From Antedon mediterranea (lineage: Eukaryota; Animalia; Echinodermata): 64,000 nucleotides of DNA. Position numbers and translations under genes: made by a program. The notes beneath the pieces were generated by a model. The model did not search any database and had not been told where the DNA came from. It worked only from the letters and a program-made list of their open reading frames with translations. The stretch is taken from contig NC_092675.1 in assembly GCF_964355755.1 (NCBI RefSeq), forward strand, positions 14,852,912 through 14,916,911, in the 5' to 3' direction. Positions 13,873 to 25,965 of this stretch are shown here, one piece after another; within the stretch, counting starts at the first letter, position 1; every line of letters starts with the position of its first letter.

Positions 13873-14378
13873 AGATGTATTGTTCCTTGAAACACAAAAA
13901 AATGAAGGTCAAAACATTCTAAATTCAAAATTCGAGCCAAAGGCAACAAGTTTACGTAATTAACAGGTAAATTTGTTTGATTACATTTCGTCTGGAAAAT
14001 TGTCACGAGCGAAAGTAAACAAAGATTTTAAACCATGAGTACGCATTATGTCTATGCTAATTAGGATTGTTTACAACTCGTCACGTTTGAGAAGGTATTT
14101 TCACAAAGATGGTGAGGAAGTTTTATAATCATGCATACAGAGTAGCCAAACAAGCGCGTTGCATCATGGGATATGTTTTGATCGAAAACTTTGACTGGAA
14201 GTCAAAGTTATTTTTTTAACAAAAAAACATAGTTGTATTTCAGTTATATGAGTTTTTTTTTTTTAATTGTTGGTGATAGTTAATAACTATTATGATACTT
14301 ACTTACAAAATTACCAACCTTTTTTCGAAATCTGTTATTTTTTATTTTTTGGGAATTAGTCAAAGGGACAATACATCT
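13873..14378. mobile_element. Kolobok-like MITE
   Basis: TTAA|agatgtattgttcc ... gggacaatacatct|TTAA: about 14-bp TIR with TTAA duplication. Confidence 0.8.
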
Positions 14379-14579
14379 TTAAATAATGTGATAAATATTT
14401 AAATGAACAAGTTAACTATATTTTAAAGTTTTGATTAAATAAATTGCATGCCATGTAGGCCAACAGTTTTGAGAATCTGAAATGGTTTAAGGATGTTTTT
14501 GCTGTGTCAGTCTAGCCCTCTCTTACTAATATTCTAATACATTTCTGAAGGAAAAACGTTCTGAATATATCATCTAGAG

Positions 14580-14845
14580 ATTACACTTCAACACTCTATT
14601 GGCCTTATTTAACCTACAATTCTCTGAATTTAACATTGATATATGATTGATTGGAATAAAACATATGAATAAGATGGGAATTAACATTAAACCGTCATTT
14701 TATGTACTGTACAACGTACATGCTCTTATTCATCTAGACATGGAGTTCTTTAGTGTTGCTTTCCCAGTATAGTTCATTATCAATTATTAACCCCAAGTAC
14801 TTGTGTCTATCTAATATTTCCACATTCTCATTATTACAATATTTA
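14580..14845 (-). mobile_element. Decayed LINE RT-thumb fragment
   Basis: Minus strand reads ...KYLGLIIDNELYWESNTKEL..., the KYLG motif downstream of LINE RT domains; contains stops. Confidence 0.5.
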
Positions 14846-14850
14846 CATAA

Positions 14851-17800
14851 TTAGGTGATCATTTAGAATAAAAAGATCACCTATTGTTATTGTATCAAAT
14901 CTTTATTAGGTGATCATTTAGAATAAAATGATCACCTATTGTTATTGTATGAAATCTTTATTAGTTATCCGCATTCAGCGGATAACTCCTTGTAACTGTC
15001 CTGTTTCATCATCTTTTTTTTTCTTTTCTGTATTTTCCTCCTTAATTTCTGTAAAACTTGCAATCATAACATTTCGTAACTTTCTCAACATATCGTTATT
15101 CATATGAAGTTGTGCAGCGAAGCTTTTCAGCATGTTTACAATTGCGCAACGTGACTTACGCGCCATTTTATGAATTTCGCGTATTTAACATAGGTCAAAA
15201 ACAAAATAACATTTTAAATTGAAACTTTGCAAAAGTTTAATTTATATCATGCGCTAACTTTTTGTTTAAAAAAAATTGCGTGTTTTACACAAAGTTAGGC
15301 GCGCACGCGAATTTAAAATTTAGAAATGCGTAAAATTAATTTCTAATCAACTTTCTACGCGTTTCATGTCATTTTAAACATGTAAAAAATTCCCAGGCGC
15401 GCGCAAATTTGTACGCGCGCGGTGCGCACGTAGCGTTAAAAACATATTTTTTTCGCGTGATTTTTGTTTTTTCAGCATTTTCTAGTAATTTTATTAACTT
15501 TTAAACAATTTCGACTTCAAATTACGTCATACGAGCACGTTGAATTGTACAATTTGTGCGCGTTTTTGATGAAAAAGTTCAAAAAATCGTAAAAATTATG
15601 CCTTTTTTTAAACAGTCGTAATTTCTAAACTACACGATCAACTTTTTGTGGATGACATATTCTGGAAGTTGATGAGTTGTAGATATCGAATCATGTATTT
15701 ATATGACTAACCGGACATTGTGACGTCATCGTATGGCCACGCGAATATAAAATTTAGGATTTTTGTATCTTTCGTCATAACTCCTCACATTTAATAGAGC
15801 GCATCTCCACTTATCCGTTTTCCATTTTCACCCCGATTTTAATATTGTCTAGGTCAATCAACTATCTTTAGCATGAGTTAAAAATATTTTAATTTTTGTG
15901 ACGTCATCATGCCTAAAAATTTAAATTACGTGTGGCATTAATTTCATCTTTACAGTAAATTTCAATCTGTTTTAGCTCGTAAGAATAAAATGTGATAATC
16001 ACGATTAAAACGTTTTCTGGAAGCTATTGGATTGTAGATACGAAATCATGTGAAAATATTGCCAATCGGTTGTTGTGACGTCATCATATGGCCAGTTAAA
16101 TAAAAAAAGTCTTATTTTCATCTTTTGCGTCATAATGCATTACATTTAAAAGAGCGCGCATCAATATTTCACGTATTCAAATTTCTTCTACACGTTAATA
16201 TGTTGTTGCTGAGATAATTTCCTTCCGAAATTGCTACCTGCGCGTTTGATTTTAAAACCGTCAACATGTTAAAAATTGCAATAAATAGCGGGTCCCGTAA
16301 TTTCAGCTATTCTACACTGTATGTGATATGGATACAGATTATACTGTGTATACTATATTATATGAATCAAAATAATAGAAATTCAGCAATAACAACATAT
16401 CATATTCTTCAGTTCAGGTCATAATGCCATAATCTTTTTCTGTGTCCATTATTCCAACATATGACGTGCACGTGGCGTTTGTCGTGCGGATAACTAACTC
16501 GTCAAAGTGACGAGTTACATGTCTAGTTCTTCTTCTTCTTTCTGTACACAATTTTGTGTAACAAATATCTCAAAAAGTTAAATGTCAATGACTACCAACA
16601 TTTCACAATGTCTTTCAAGTACTGTAACTTAGTCCTAATAAGCTTTTCAGCGTGATCACTCATCCGTGATGTCATTTATACGCCATTTTGTGAAATCACA
16701 TTATCAATCATATCTCCATAATTCATTATCACATAATAATAAAATTCACTACACGTAAACTTCAGGTCAAGGGTAAAAATATTAGCAAATAAATACGCAC
16801 GCGCACGTAGGGTCATGCGCGTGAAATCACGCGTTAAAAATTTAAAAAGCTCAAAATTAAGTTTTGATCAATTTAGAGCATGAATTAGGCCATTTGCGCG
16901 TTTCAAATAATTACTGCGCAAAAAAAAAATTTTTGCGCGCGCGTTACTTAAAAAGCGTAAAAAATACGATTTTTTTTTACAAATCGCATTCTACTCACCA
17001 TCTTTAGTACATTCACCAAATTTGAGTCAGTTCCGATATAAAATAACGCTATACGAGCAGGTTCAAAATGACAAAATGCGCAAATTAATTGCATCAAAGT
17101 GTTGAAAATGGTGAAAAATAAGGCATTTTTTAAATGAAAATAATTCTTCAGAATGCACGATGACCCCCAATTTTTTTAACTTTTTCTGGAAGCCGTTGAG
17201 TTGTAGATATGAATTCATGTACACATTTTACGTACAAAATGTTTTTACGTCATCAAATGGCCACTTGAATTTAAAATTAAGTTATTTTTCTCTTTTGTCA
17301 TTCTTTTTCACATTCAATAGAACGCATCTCTGTTATTTTGTGCCCGATTTTCGCTCAATTTTCAGTATGTGATTGCTCAATTAATTGACTTTCTTATGAC
17401 TTGCCACTACTTTTATTTTGATGACGTCATCACACGTAAAAACTTGATTAACATAGGTCGTGTAATTTCACCTTCACCGTAAATTTGAATATCTTACAGC
17501 TCTTCAGAATTAAAGGTTACCTTGATGATTATAATTTATTATGAAAGCTGATGAAATGTATAGCTATGAATTCATATAAAAATCAAGCCTATTGGATGTT
17601 GTGACGTTAACATATGGCCAGTTGAAGTTAAAAAGTAGTATTTTCATCTTTTTCGTAAAAGTTATACAATTTCAAAGAGCGCGTACAGCGCTTCTACGTG
17701 CCAAATTTTCTTCCAATTCTTATATTTATTTGCTCAATTCATTATCTTTCGAAATTGTCATCTTTGAGTTTATTTTGATAATTCCATCATACCAAAAAAT

Positions 17801-20800
17801 TGGAACATGATGTGTGTCCCGTAATTTCACCTATGCTACACTGTATATAGATATACAGTATATACTGTACATAATGTATATGGCATATAATAGGCACAAC
17901 TCAGCACTATAAGCGTATAATAGGATGGCATAAATCAACATTTTTCGATTGTATGTTAACGTTAACGTACGTGCATGTTTAAAAAATATTAATGTCAATA
18001 ACATTATAAAAATGATCACCTATAATTCGTCAAAGTGATGAATTAAATTCTAGTTAGTTATCCGCTTAGTGGCGGATAACTCCTTGTAATCGTCCTGTTA
18101 CTTTTTTTTTTTTTTTTTTTTTTTCTTATTTCTTTCTCCCTCATTTTTGTGCCTCACGTATCTCAAAAACTTGTAAACATAACATTTCATAACTTTGTCA
18201 ACATATGGGCATTTACGTGAAGTTGTGCACCTCCTATTTTTGAATGACGTCAGAGTTGCGCAACGTGACTTACGTGCGATTTTATGATTTTTTATGATTG
18301 ATCATAGACTAAAAACCAAGCATAAATTTGTTTTGACACTTTGTGAAAATTTAAGTCATATCAAGGGCAAACTTTTTGTGGATTAAAAATGGCATGTTTT
18401 ACAAGACGTTACACGCGCACGCGCATTTCTCCTCTATTTTTGTGTCTCACGTATCTCAAAAACGTGTAAACATAACATTTCATAACTTTGTCAACATATG
18501 GGCATTCACGTGAAGTTGTGCACCTCCTATTGTGAATGACGTCAGAAATGCGCAACGTGACTTACGCGCGATTTTATGAATTTCTCGTATTTAACATAGA
18601 TTTAAAACCATATAACAATTTAAATTGAAACTTAGCAAAAGTTAAATTTATATCATGCGCTAACTTTCTGTGGAAAAAAAATTACGTGTTTTACACAAAG
18701 TTACGTGCGCACACGCATTTAAAATTCAAAATGCGAAAAATTAATTTTTAATCAACTTTCTACGCTGATCATGACATTTTGAGCATGTCAAAATTTCCCA
18801 CGTGCGCGAACAATTTTATGCGCGTAGTGCGCACGTAGCGCTAAAAGTATTTTTTTTTATTGAATTATGTTTTTCCAGCCTTTTATAGTAATTTTACCAA
18901 TTTTAAAACAATTTCGACTTACAATTACGTCATACGGGCACGTTGAATTGGATACTTTACGTGCATTTTTGATGAAAAAGTTCAAAAATTTGTCAAAATT
19001 ATGCCTTTTTTTAAACAGTCATAGATTCTAAAAACGAGGTGAACTTTTTTTTAATTACATATTCTGGAAGTTGATGAGTTGTAGAAATCGGATCATGAAT
19101 CAATATGGCTAACCGGACATTGTGACGTCATCGTATGGCCACACGAATGTAAAATATAGGATTTTTGTCTCTTTCGTTATTGCTCATCATATTCAATGGA
19201 GCGCATCACGCTTATCTGTATTCCTTTTTCTCTGAGATTTTAATATTGTCTAGGTCAATCAACTATCTTACGCATGAGTTAAAAATATTTTAATTTTTAT
19301 GACGTCACTATGCCTAAAAATTTTAATTAACAGCGTCATTAATTTCATCTTTACAGTAAATTTTAATCTGTTATAGCTCGTAAGAATAAAATGTGATAAT
19401 CACGATTAAAACGTTTTCAGGAAGCTATTGGATTGTAGATACGAAATCATGTGAACTTTTCGCCAATCAGATGTTGTGACGTCATCATATGGCCAGTTAA
19501 ATAAACAAAGTCATATTTTCATCTTTTGCGTCGTAGTTCATTACATTTAAAAAAGCGCGCATTAATATTTCACGTATTCAAATTTCTTCTAAACGTTAAT
19601 ATGTTGTTGCTGAGATAATTTTCTTCCGAAATTACTACCTTCGCGTTTCCTTTTGAAAATTAAAATAAAATACGGGTCCCGTAATTTCACCTATTTTACA
19701 CTGTTTGTGACATGTATACAGATTATACTGTGTATACTATATGACAGAAAATATACAGCATTCAGCACTAACAACACATCATATTCTTCAGTTCAGGTCA
19801 TAATGACATAATCTTTTCGGTGTGCAATATTCCAACGTATGACGTGCACGTGGCGTTTGTCGTGCGGATAACTAACTCGTCAAAGTGACGAGTTTCATTC
19901 TTCTTTCCTTCCTTCCTTTTTGTGAGTCGCGTTTCTCTAAAATGTGTAAACATAACATTTCATAACTTTGACAACATATGGGCATTTACGTGAAGTTGTG
20001 CACCTCCTATTTTTGAATGACGTCATAGTTGCGCAACGTGACTTACGCGCAATTTTATGAATTTCAATGATTGATCATAGATTAAAAACCAAAAGTCATT
20101 TAGTATTGACACTTTGACAAAATTTAAGTCATATCAGGGGCAAAGTTTCTACGGATTAAAAATGGCATGTTTCACAAGAAGTTACGCGCGCACGCGCATT
20201 TAAAATTTCAAAATGCGCAAAATTAATTTCTAATCAACTTTTTACGCGTTTCATGTCACTTTGAGCATGTCAAAAATTCCCACGGGCGCGCAATTTTTTA
20301 CGCACGCGGTGCGCACGTAGCGATAAAAACATATTTTTTTCTCTTGAAATATATTTTTCAAGCCTTTCCTAGTAATTTTGAAAACAATTTAGACCTTTTC
20401 CAGTTTAAATAACGCCATACGAACACGTTGAATTAGACAATTTGTGCGCGTTTTTTATGAAAAAGCTTAAAAAATCATCAAAATAATGTCTTTTTTTAAA
20501 CAGTCATAGTTTCTAAAGTAAACCGTGAACCGTTTATTTTTATTACAAAATCTAGAAGTTGATGAGTTGCAGATATCGGATCATGCATCGATAAGGCTAA
20601 AAAAACATTGTGATGTAATCGTATGGCCACACGAATGTAAAATATAGGATTTTTGTCTGTTTCGTTATTGCTCATCACATTCAATGGAGCGCATCACGCT
20701 TATCTGTATTCCTTTTTCTCCTATATTTATATATTGTCTAGGTCAATCAACTTTCTTTAGCATGAGATAAAAATATTTAAATTTTTATAACGTCATCATG

Positions 20801-22946
20801 CCTAAAAATTTTAATTACTTGGGTCATTAATTTCATCTTTACAGTAAATTTTAATCTGTAATAGCTCGTAAGAATAAAATGTGATAATCACGATTAAAAC
20901 GTTTTCTGGAAGCTATAGGATTGTAGATACGAATTCATGTAAACATTTTGCCAATCGGTTGTTGTGACATCATCATATTGCCAGTTGAATAAAAAAAAGT
21001 CGTATTTTCATATTTTGCGTAATAGTTCATCACATTTAAATGTGCGCGCACCAACATTTTACGTATTCAAATTTCTTCTACACGTTAATATGTTGTTGCT
21101 AAGATAATTTTCTTCAGAAATTGCTATCGTTGTGTTGTTTTTTTTATGACGTCATCATGTTAATTCAGTTAGTATGTCATATAATATACAGTAGTACAAT
21201 GTACACCAGCATAGTCTCTGATGTGAGCAAATTGTTGTTTGCCGCCCTCTGTATCATGTAGAATTAATGTCTCCTTTTATACACAGTGTACTGTATAATT
21301 ATAATACAAGGGAAAATACAGGACCACCTCTTATTATAGTTTTTAACGTATGACGTGCACGTGGCATCTGTCGTGCGGATAACTAACTCGTCAAAGTGAC
21401 GAGTTTCATGTCTAGTTATTCTTCTTCTTCTTCTTCTTCTTTCTGTACACTTTTTGTGTAACAATCTCAAAAAGTTTAATGTCAATGATTACCAAAATTT
21501 CACATTGTCTTTCAAGTCTTTAACTTAGCCATAATAAGCTTTTTAGCGTGATCACTCATCCGTGACGTCACGTATACGCCATTTTGTGAAATCACATTAT
21601 CAATCATATCTCCATAATTCATTATCACATATTAATGAAATTCACTACACGTAAACTTCAGGTCAAGGTAAAATATATTAGCAAATAAAAACTCGCGCGG
21701 TTCAAGGTCATGCGCGTGAAATCGCGCGTTGAAATTTTAAAAAGCTCAAAATTTAGTTTTTATCAATTTAGAGCATGAAATAGGCCATTTGCGTGTTTCA
21801 AAAAATTACTGCGCAAAAACACATTTTTGCGCACGCGATTTTTAAAAAGGGTACAAAATAAAATTTGATGTATACATCACATTCTACTCACAATCCTTAG
21901 TACATTCTCCGACTTTGAGTCCATTCCGACTTAAAATATCGCTATACGAGCATGTTAAAAATGACAAAAGGCACACATTAATTGTACAAAAGTGCTAAAA
22001 ATGGTAAAAAATAAGGCCTTTTTAAAATGAATATAACTCTTCAGAATGGCAGGTGACCCCCAATTTTTTTAACTTATTATGGTAGCCAATAAGTTGTAGA
22101 TATAAATATATATACATATTAGACGTACAAAATGGTATGACGTCATCAAATGGCCAATTGAATTTAAAAATTAGTAATTTTTTTCTTTTTGTGTGGGTTA
22201 TCACATTCAATAGAGCGCATCTCCGTTATTTGAGCCTGATTTTCGCACAAATTTTAGTATGTGCTTGCTCAATTAATTATCTTTCTCATGAGTTGTCAAC
22301 ATTTTTATTTTGATGACGTCATCACGCGTAAAAACTTGAATAACCTACGTCGTGTAATTTCAGCTACACCATACATTTGAACATCTTATAGCTCTTCATA
22401 ATTAAAGGTGACCTTGAAGATTATAACTTATTATGAAAGCTGATAAAATGTAGATATGAATTGATATAAAAATTAAGCCTATCGGATGTAGTAATGTTAT
22501 ATGGCCAGTTGAAGTTAAAAAGTAGTTTTTTAATTTCTTTAGTCGAAGTTATACAAATTTCAAAGAGCGCGCATTGCGCTTCTACGTGTCAAATTCTCTT
22601 CCAATCCTTATATTTATTTGCTCAATTCATTATCTTTCGAAATTGTTATCTTCGAGTTTATTTTGATAATTCCATCATACCAAAAAAATAGAGCATGATG
22701 TGGGTCCCGTAATTTCACCTATGCTACACTGTATATAGATATACAGTATATACTGTACATATTGTATATGAAACATAATAGGTACAACTCAGCACTATAA
22801 GTGTATATGCATCATGTCATAGGATGGCGTACATCAGCTTTTTACGATCATATGTTAACGTACGTGCATGTTTAAAAAATGTTAATTTCATTAAAATGAT
22901 AAAAATGATCACCTATAATTCGTCAAAGTGACGAATTAAATTCTAG
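14851..22946 (+). mobile_element. 8.1-kb nested HINE-like compound: outer B (14851-22946) holding B (14906-18053, itself holding A 14961-16526) and two A copies (18054-21415)
   Basis: Order of termini: B5' 14851, B5' 14906, A5' 14961, A3' 16526, B3' 18053, A5' 18054, A3' about 19898 (CTAG lost), A3' 21415, B3' 22946. Confidence 0.85.
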
Positions 22947-23297
22947 TTAGTTTTATTTTCCTCCTCAAATCAATAACCAATGTCAAGTGACAGTTTGAAT
23001 AATCCATCGCTTCTGATTGGACAAATCCCTTACTTTGCGTCTACATCCTTACGTTTCGACTACGCCCTTACGTTGCGTCCTAGTGAGAACTAAGAATTAC
23101 AGGAGGTTCTGGCGATAGAGGGCCAAAATCACATATTATAGCTATTGTACTATATACACCTAGTCGAGGTAATTACCATACAAAAAATTGATTTTTTAGT
23201 AAAAAAGGCCATATACATGGCTGCAGTCACGTGGTCAAGTTAGTGTTTACCGACCAACCAACATAGTGAGCTGTAGAGTTGCGTTGCATGCAACTAA

Positions 23298-23414
23298 AAA
23301 GGTGGTCGCGGCCGATTATGGGAGGTACCAAATGCACTAGTTAAATAGGAAGAATAAACAGGCTTTTGAAAGTGCGGCCGTCAAGGGAGGTGGCCACTCA
23401 TGAAGGTTCAACTG
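23298..23414 (-). mobile_element. End fragment of the pogo/Tigger-like MITE family seen at 50249-52249
   Basis: Reverse complement matches 50249-50445 (cagttgaacc...ggccacctcc...gcactttcaaaa.cctgtttattcttcc); ends ctg|TA. Confidence 0.7.
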
Positions 23415-23491
23415 TATAGACAAATAAAACAGTAGAAATTACACAAAAACATTTTACCAACACAGATAAGCACTACAACAACACAAAAACT

Positions 23492-23940
23492 TCAGTTAAA
23501 TAAAAAAGGTCGTATTTTCATCTTTTGCGTCATAATTCATTACATTTAAAAGAGCGCGCATCAATATTTCACGTATTCAAATTTCTTCTACACGCTAATA
23601 CGTTGTTGCTGAGATAATTTCCTTTCGGAATTGCTACCTTTGCGTTTCATTTTAAAACCGTCAACATGTTAAAAATTGCAATAAATAGCGGGTCCCGTAA
23701 TTTCACCTATTCTACACTGTATGTCACTGTATGTGATATGGATACAGATTATACTGTGTATACTATATATGAATTTAAATAATAAAATTCAGCAATAACA
23801 ACATATCATATTCTTCAGTTCAGGTCATAATGCCAACGTGAACACTTCCTTTTGTCCTCAACCTATCTCCTTAATGTTAATGTTGCACCACTTGCGCGGC
23901 GGATAACCAAACTCGTCAAAGTGACGAGTTACATGTCTAG
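23492..23940 (+). mobile_element. 3' fragment of HINE-like family A'
   Basis: Near-identical to 7744-8181; gcggataaccaa + hairpin + CTAG at 23940. Confidence 0.8.
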
Positions 23941-24210
23941 TTATATGTTATTGTTATGTTACCCATTTATCAATTACCTGAATTAAAATTATCCCGGTCA
24001 CGGTATGACTGTATTGCTGACTCGACTGCACCTTCGACTTTTGTCCTCGACTGTTGTTTCTTGAATAGTAGTAGTAGCCTTAGTAGTAATGGGGAACAGA
24101 CTTCTCCCTCGGGACGAAATTAATAGCACATGCGTGAAACCTGATTCAGTAATACATATTTTCAAATTTTTCTGACTTTAAATCCAATAATTATTTTGGA
24201 GATCCAATTA

Positions 24211-25656
24211 TTAGGTTATATGCATTATCATGCATATAACCTCTTGATTCTGTCAAAATCTTTGTTTATTTATTTATTCTTTCCTTAGCACTATTTTGTC
24301 CGTGAATTATCTTGATATCAGTTTCATCTATCTAAGTCAATTTTTCAGAGTATATTCCTTATGGCCAGGAATTGATGTGGTTATGTTTTCAGGGTGCACA
24401 ATCAAACATTACGCGGTCTACGCGCGATTTAACGAAATCACGTTTGTAATCATATCTTCACAAGCATGAATCACTTTTAAACAAAATTTGGTACTAATAA
24501 ATTCCAGGTCATATTTCATCATATGGCAATACAATTACGTGCTTAGCGCATATAACGCATGCGTACGCGCGCTTAAAATGTTGAAAATTGTCAGAATTTA
24601 TTTTCGATGAAATTAGAGTACGCTTCAGGCAATTTTAAGAGTTTAAAAAATTGCCATGAGTGCGCAGATTTTTGCACGCGCACTGCGCGTCAAACGTTAA
24701 TGCACACTGTTTTTGTCCGATTACTGTTGTATAACCTTTCTTTAATAATATCATATTTTATTCACTTTTCAACGCGAAACAGCGTTATACGAGCACGTCA
24801 AAAGTGACCGGCTACGCACGTGTAAGTTAACAAAATGGTGAAAATATGCTAAATTTTTTAATTAATATATATCGTTAGAATGCTCGGGAACACCTATTTT
24901 TTATTTAATTTTCTTGAAGTGTATGTATCATATGTATGATTTATTATGAAATTAGAAGAACAAAAGTTGATTAAGTCATCATTAATGGCATATTAAATTT
25001 AACAAAATTAATTTCGACAATCAAACAAATTATAACATTTTCTTAGGCCAAAATAACAAACTTAACATTAACTTTCTTCCTTAAGAAGTTCATATATTAA
25101 AGTTAAAAGTATATAGTTTGACAGTGCATCATTTTTTTTTTATTTTTAAAGATGTCATCATAGTAAAACATTATAATTCATTGCGGTATGTAATAATCTA
25201 TCTGCACCAAAGTGGTTACTGCATACTAAATACACGGAGGAATCTTTCCATAACTTTTAGTCAGTTGTGTATGGCTCGGTGGTCTTTGCTCGTGTCTTTA
25301 GCATTCAAGGTACCGAGTTCGAGTCTCACCTTGGAAAACGAAACGAAATAAGATATTTTTTTATTATCCGTATTGTTTGTTCAATTGTATTTCTTAGTGT
25401 ATAGATTATACAGATGATTTATAATGAAATTTAGATAAAAACACAAATGTGGTTTATGACATTATATACGCAGAAGGATCTTTGATCGGATTATGATACC
25501 GGCTATTGTATTTGCGTTAGCAAGATCCTATCATATTATAAATAACTAAAGATTCTGAGAAAATCAATCAATCAAAATATCTTAAATCAATCAATTATCT
25601 TTATTTAAATCAATGCATATAACCTATAATTTGTCATAGTGACGAATTAAATCTAG
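24211..25656 (+). mobile_element. HINE-like family C element
   Basis: 5' hairpin aggttatatgcat-tatc-atgcatataacct; 3' atgcatataaccta + aatttgtc-atagt-gacgaatt + CTAG at 25656; A|T insertion. Confidence 0.8.
25266..25335 (+). other. tRNA-derived (SINE head-like) segment inside the family C element
   Basis: A-box-like tggctcggtgg (25272-25282) and B-box-like gagttcgagtc (25315-25325) at tRNA-like spacing; no convincing full cloverleaf. Confidence 0.5.
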
Positions 25657-25682
25657 TTTATTTTAATTTTCCGAGAATGTTT

Positions 25683-25769
25683 TGGGCCCGATCGTCTTAA
25701 AGTGGGCCCGATCGTCTGGGCCCGATCGTCTGAGCCCGATCGTCCGTGGTTCCGATCGTCTGATAATCG
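25683..25769. repeat. Short tandem array of gggcccgatcgtct; probable solo arm of a foldback/Mutator-like element
   Basis: Five ccgatcgtc units ending ...ggttccgatcgtctgataatcg. Confidence 0.55.
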
Positions 25770-25965
25770 TAATAATACTAGTAGGCCAAGCTAGCTACTG
25801 TAGAGTATTGCTACTACTAAACTAGTCGTTTTAGTGGTCACAATTTTTTTTAGTAGGTATTCATATTAGTAAGGGGCCTAGTTAGATAGCCTAGGCCCTA
25901 GCTCTAGCCTAGCTAGCCAGGTCTAAATTTTAATAATAAAAGCCTGAATCACAGGCCCTATAAAG

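Noticed and set aside
6154-22691. Recurrent small ORFs with similar peptides (e.g. MTPNFFN..., RHETRHFDELVIR)
   Set aside because: Chance frames in repeated non-coding HINE bodies; frames are not preserved between copies and no Rep/helicase motifs were seen in the window.
23970-24110. Alternative MFSD12 5' UTR exon (minus-strand CAG|GTAATT near 23978 in a short unique stretch)
   Set aside because: Only a donor-like word supports it; too weak to annotate without transcript data.
25266-25335. Functional tRNA gene
   Set aside because: A and B boxes are present but I could not build a convincing acceptor stem and cloverleaf; treated as SINE-like.
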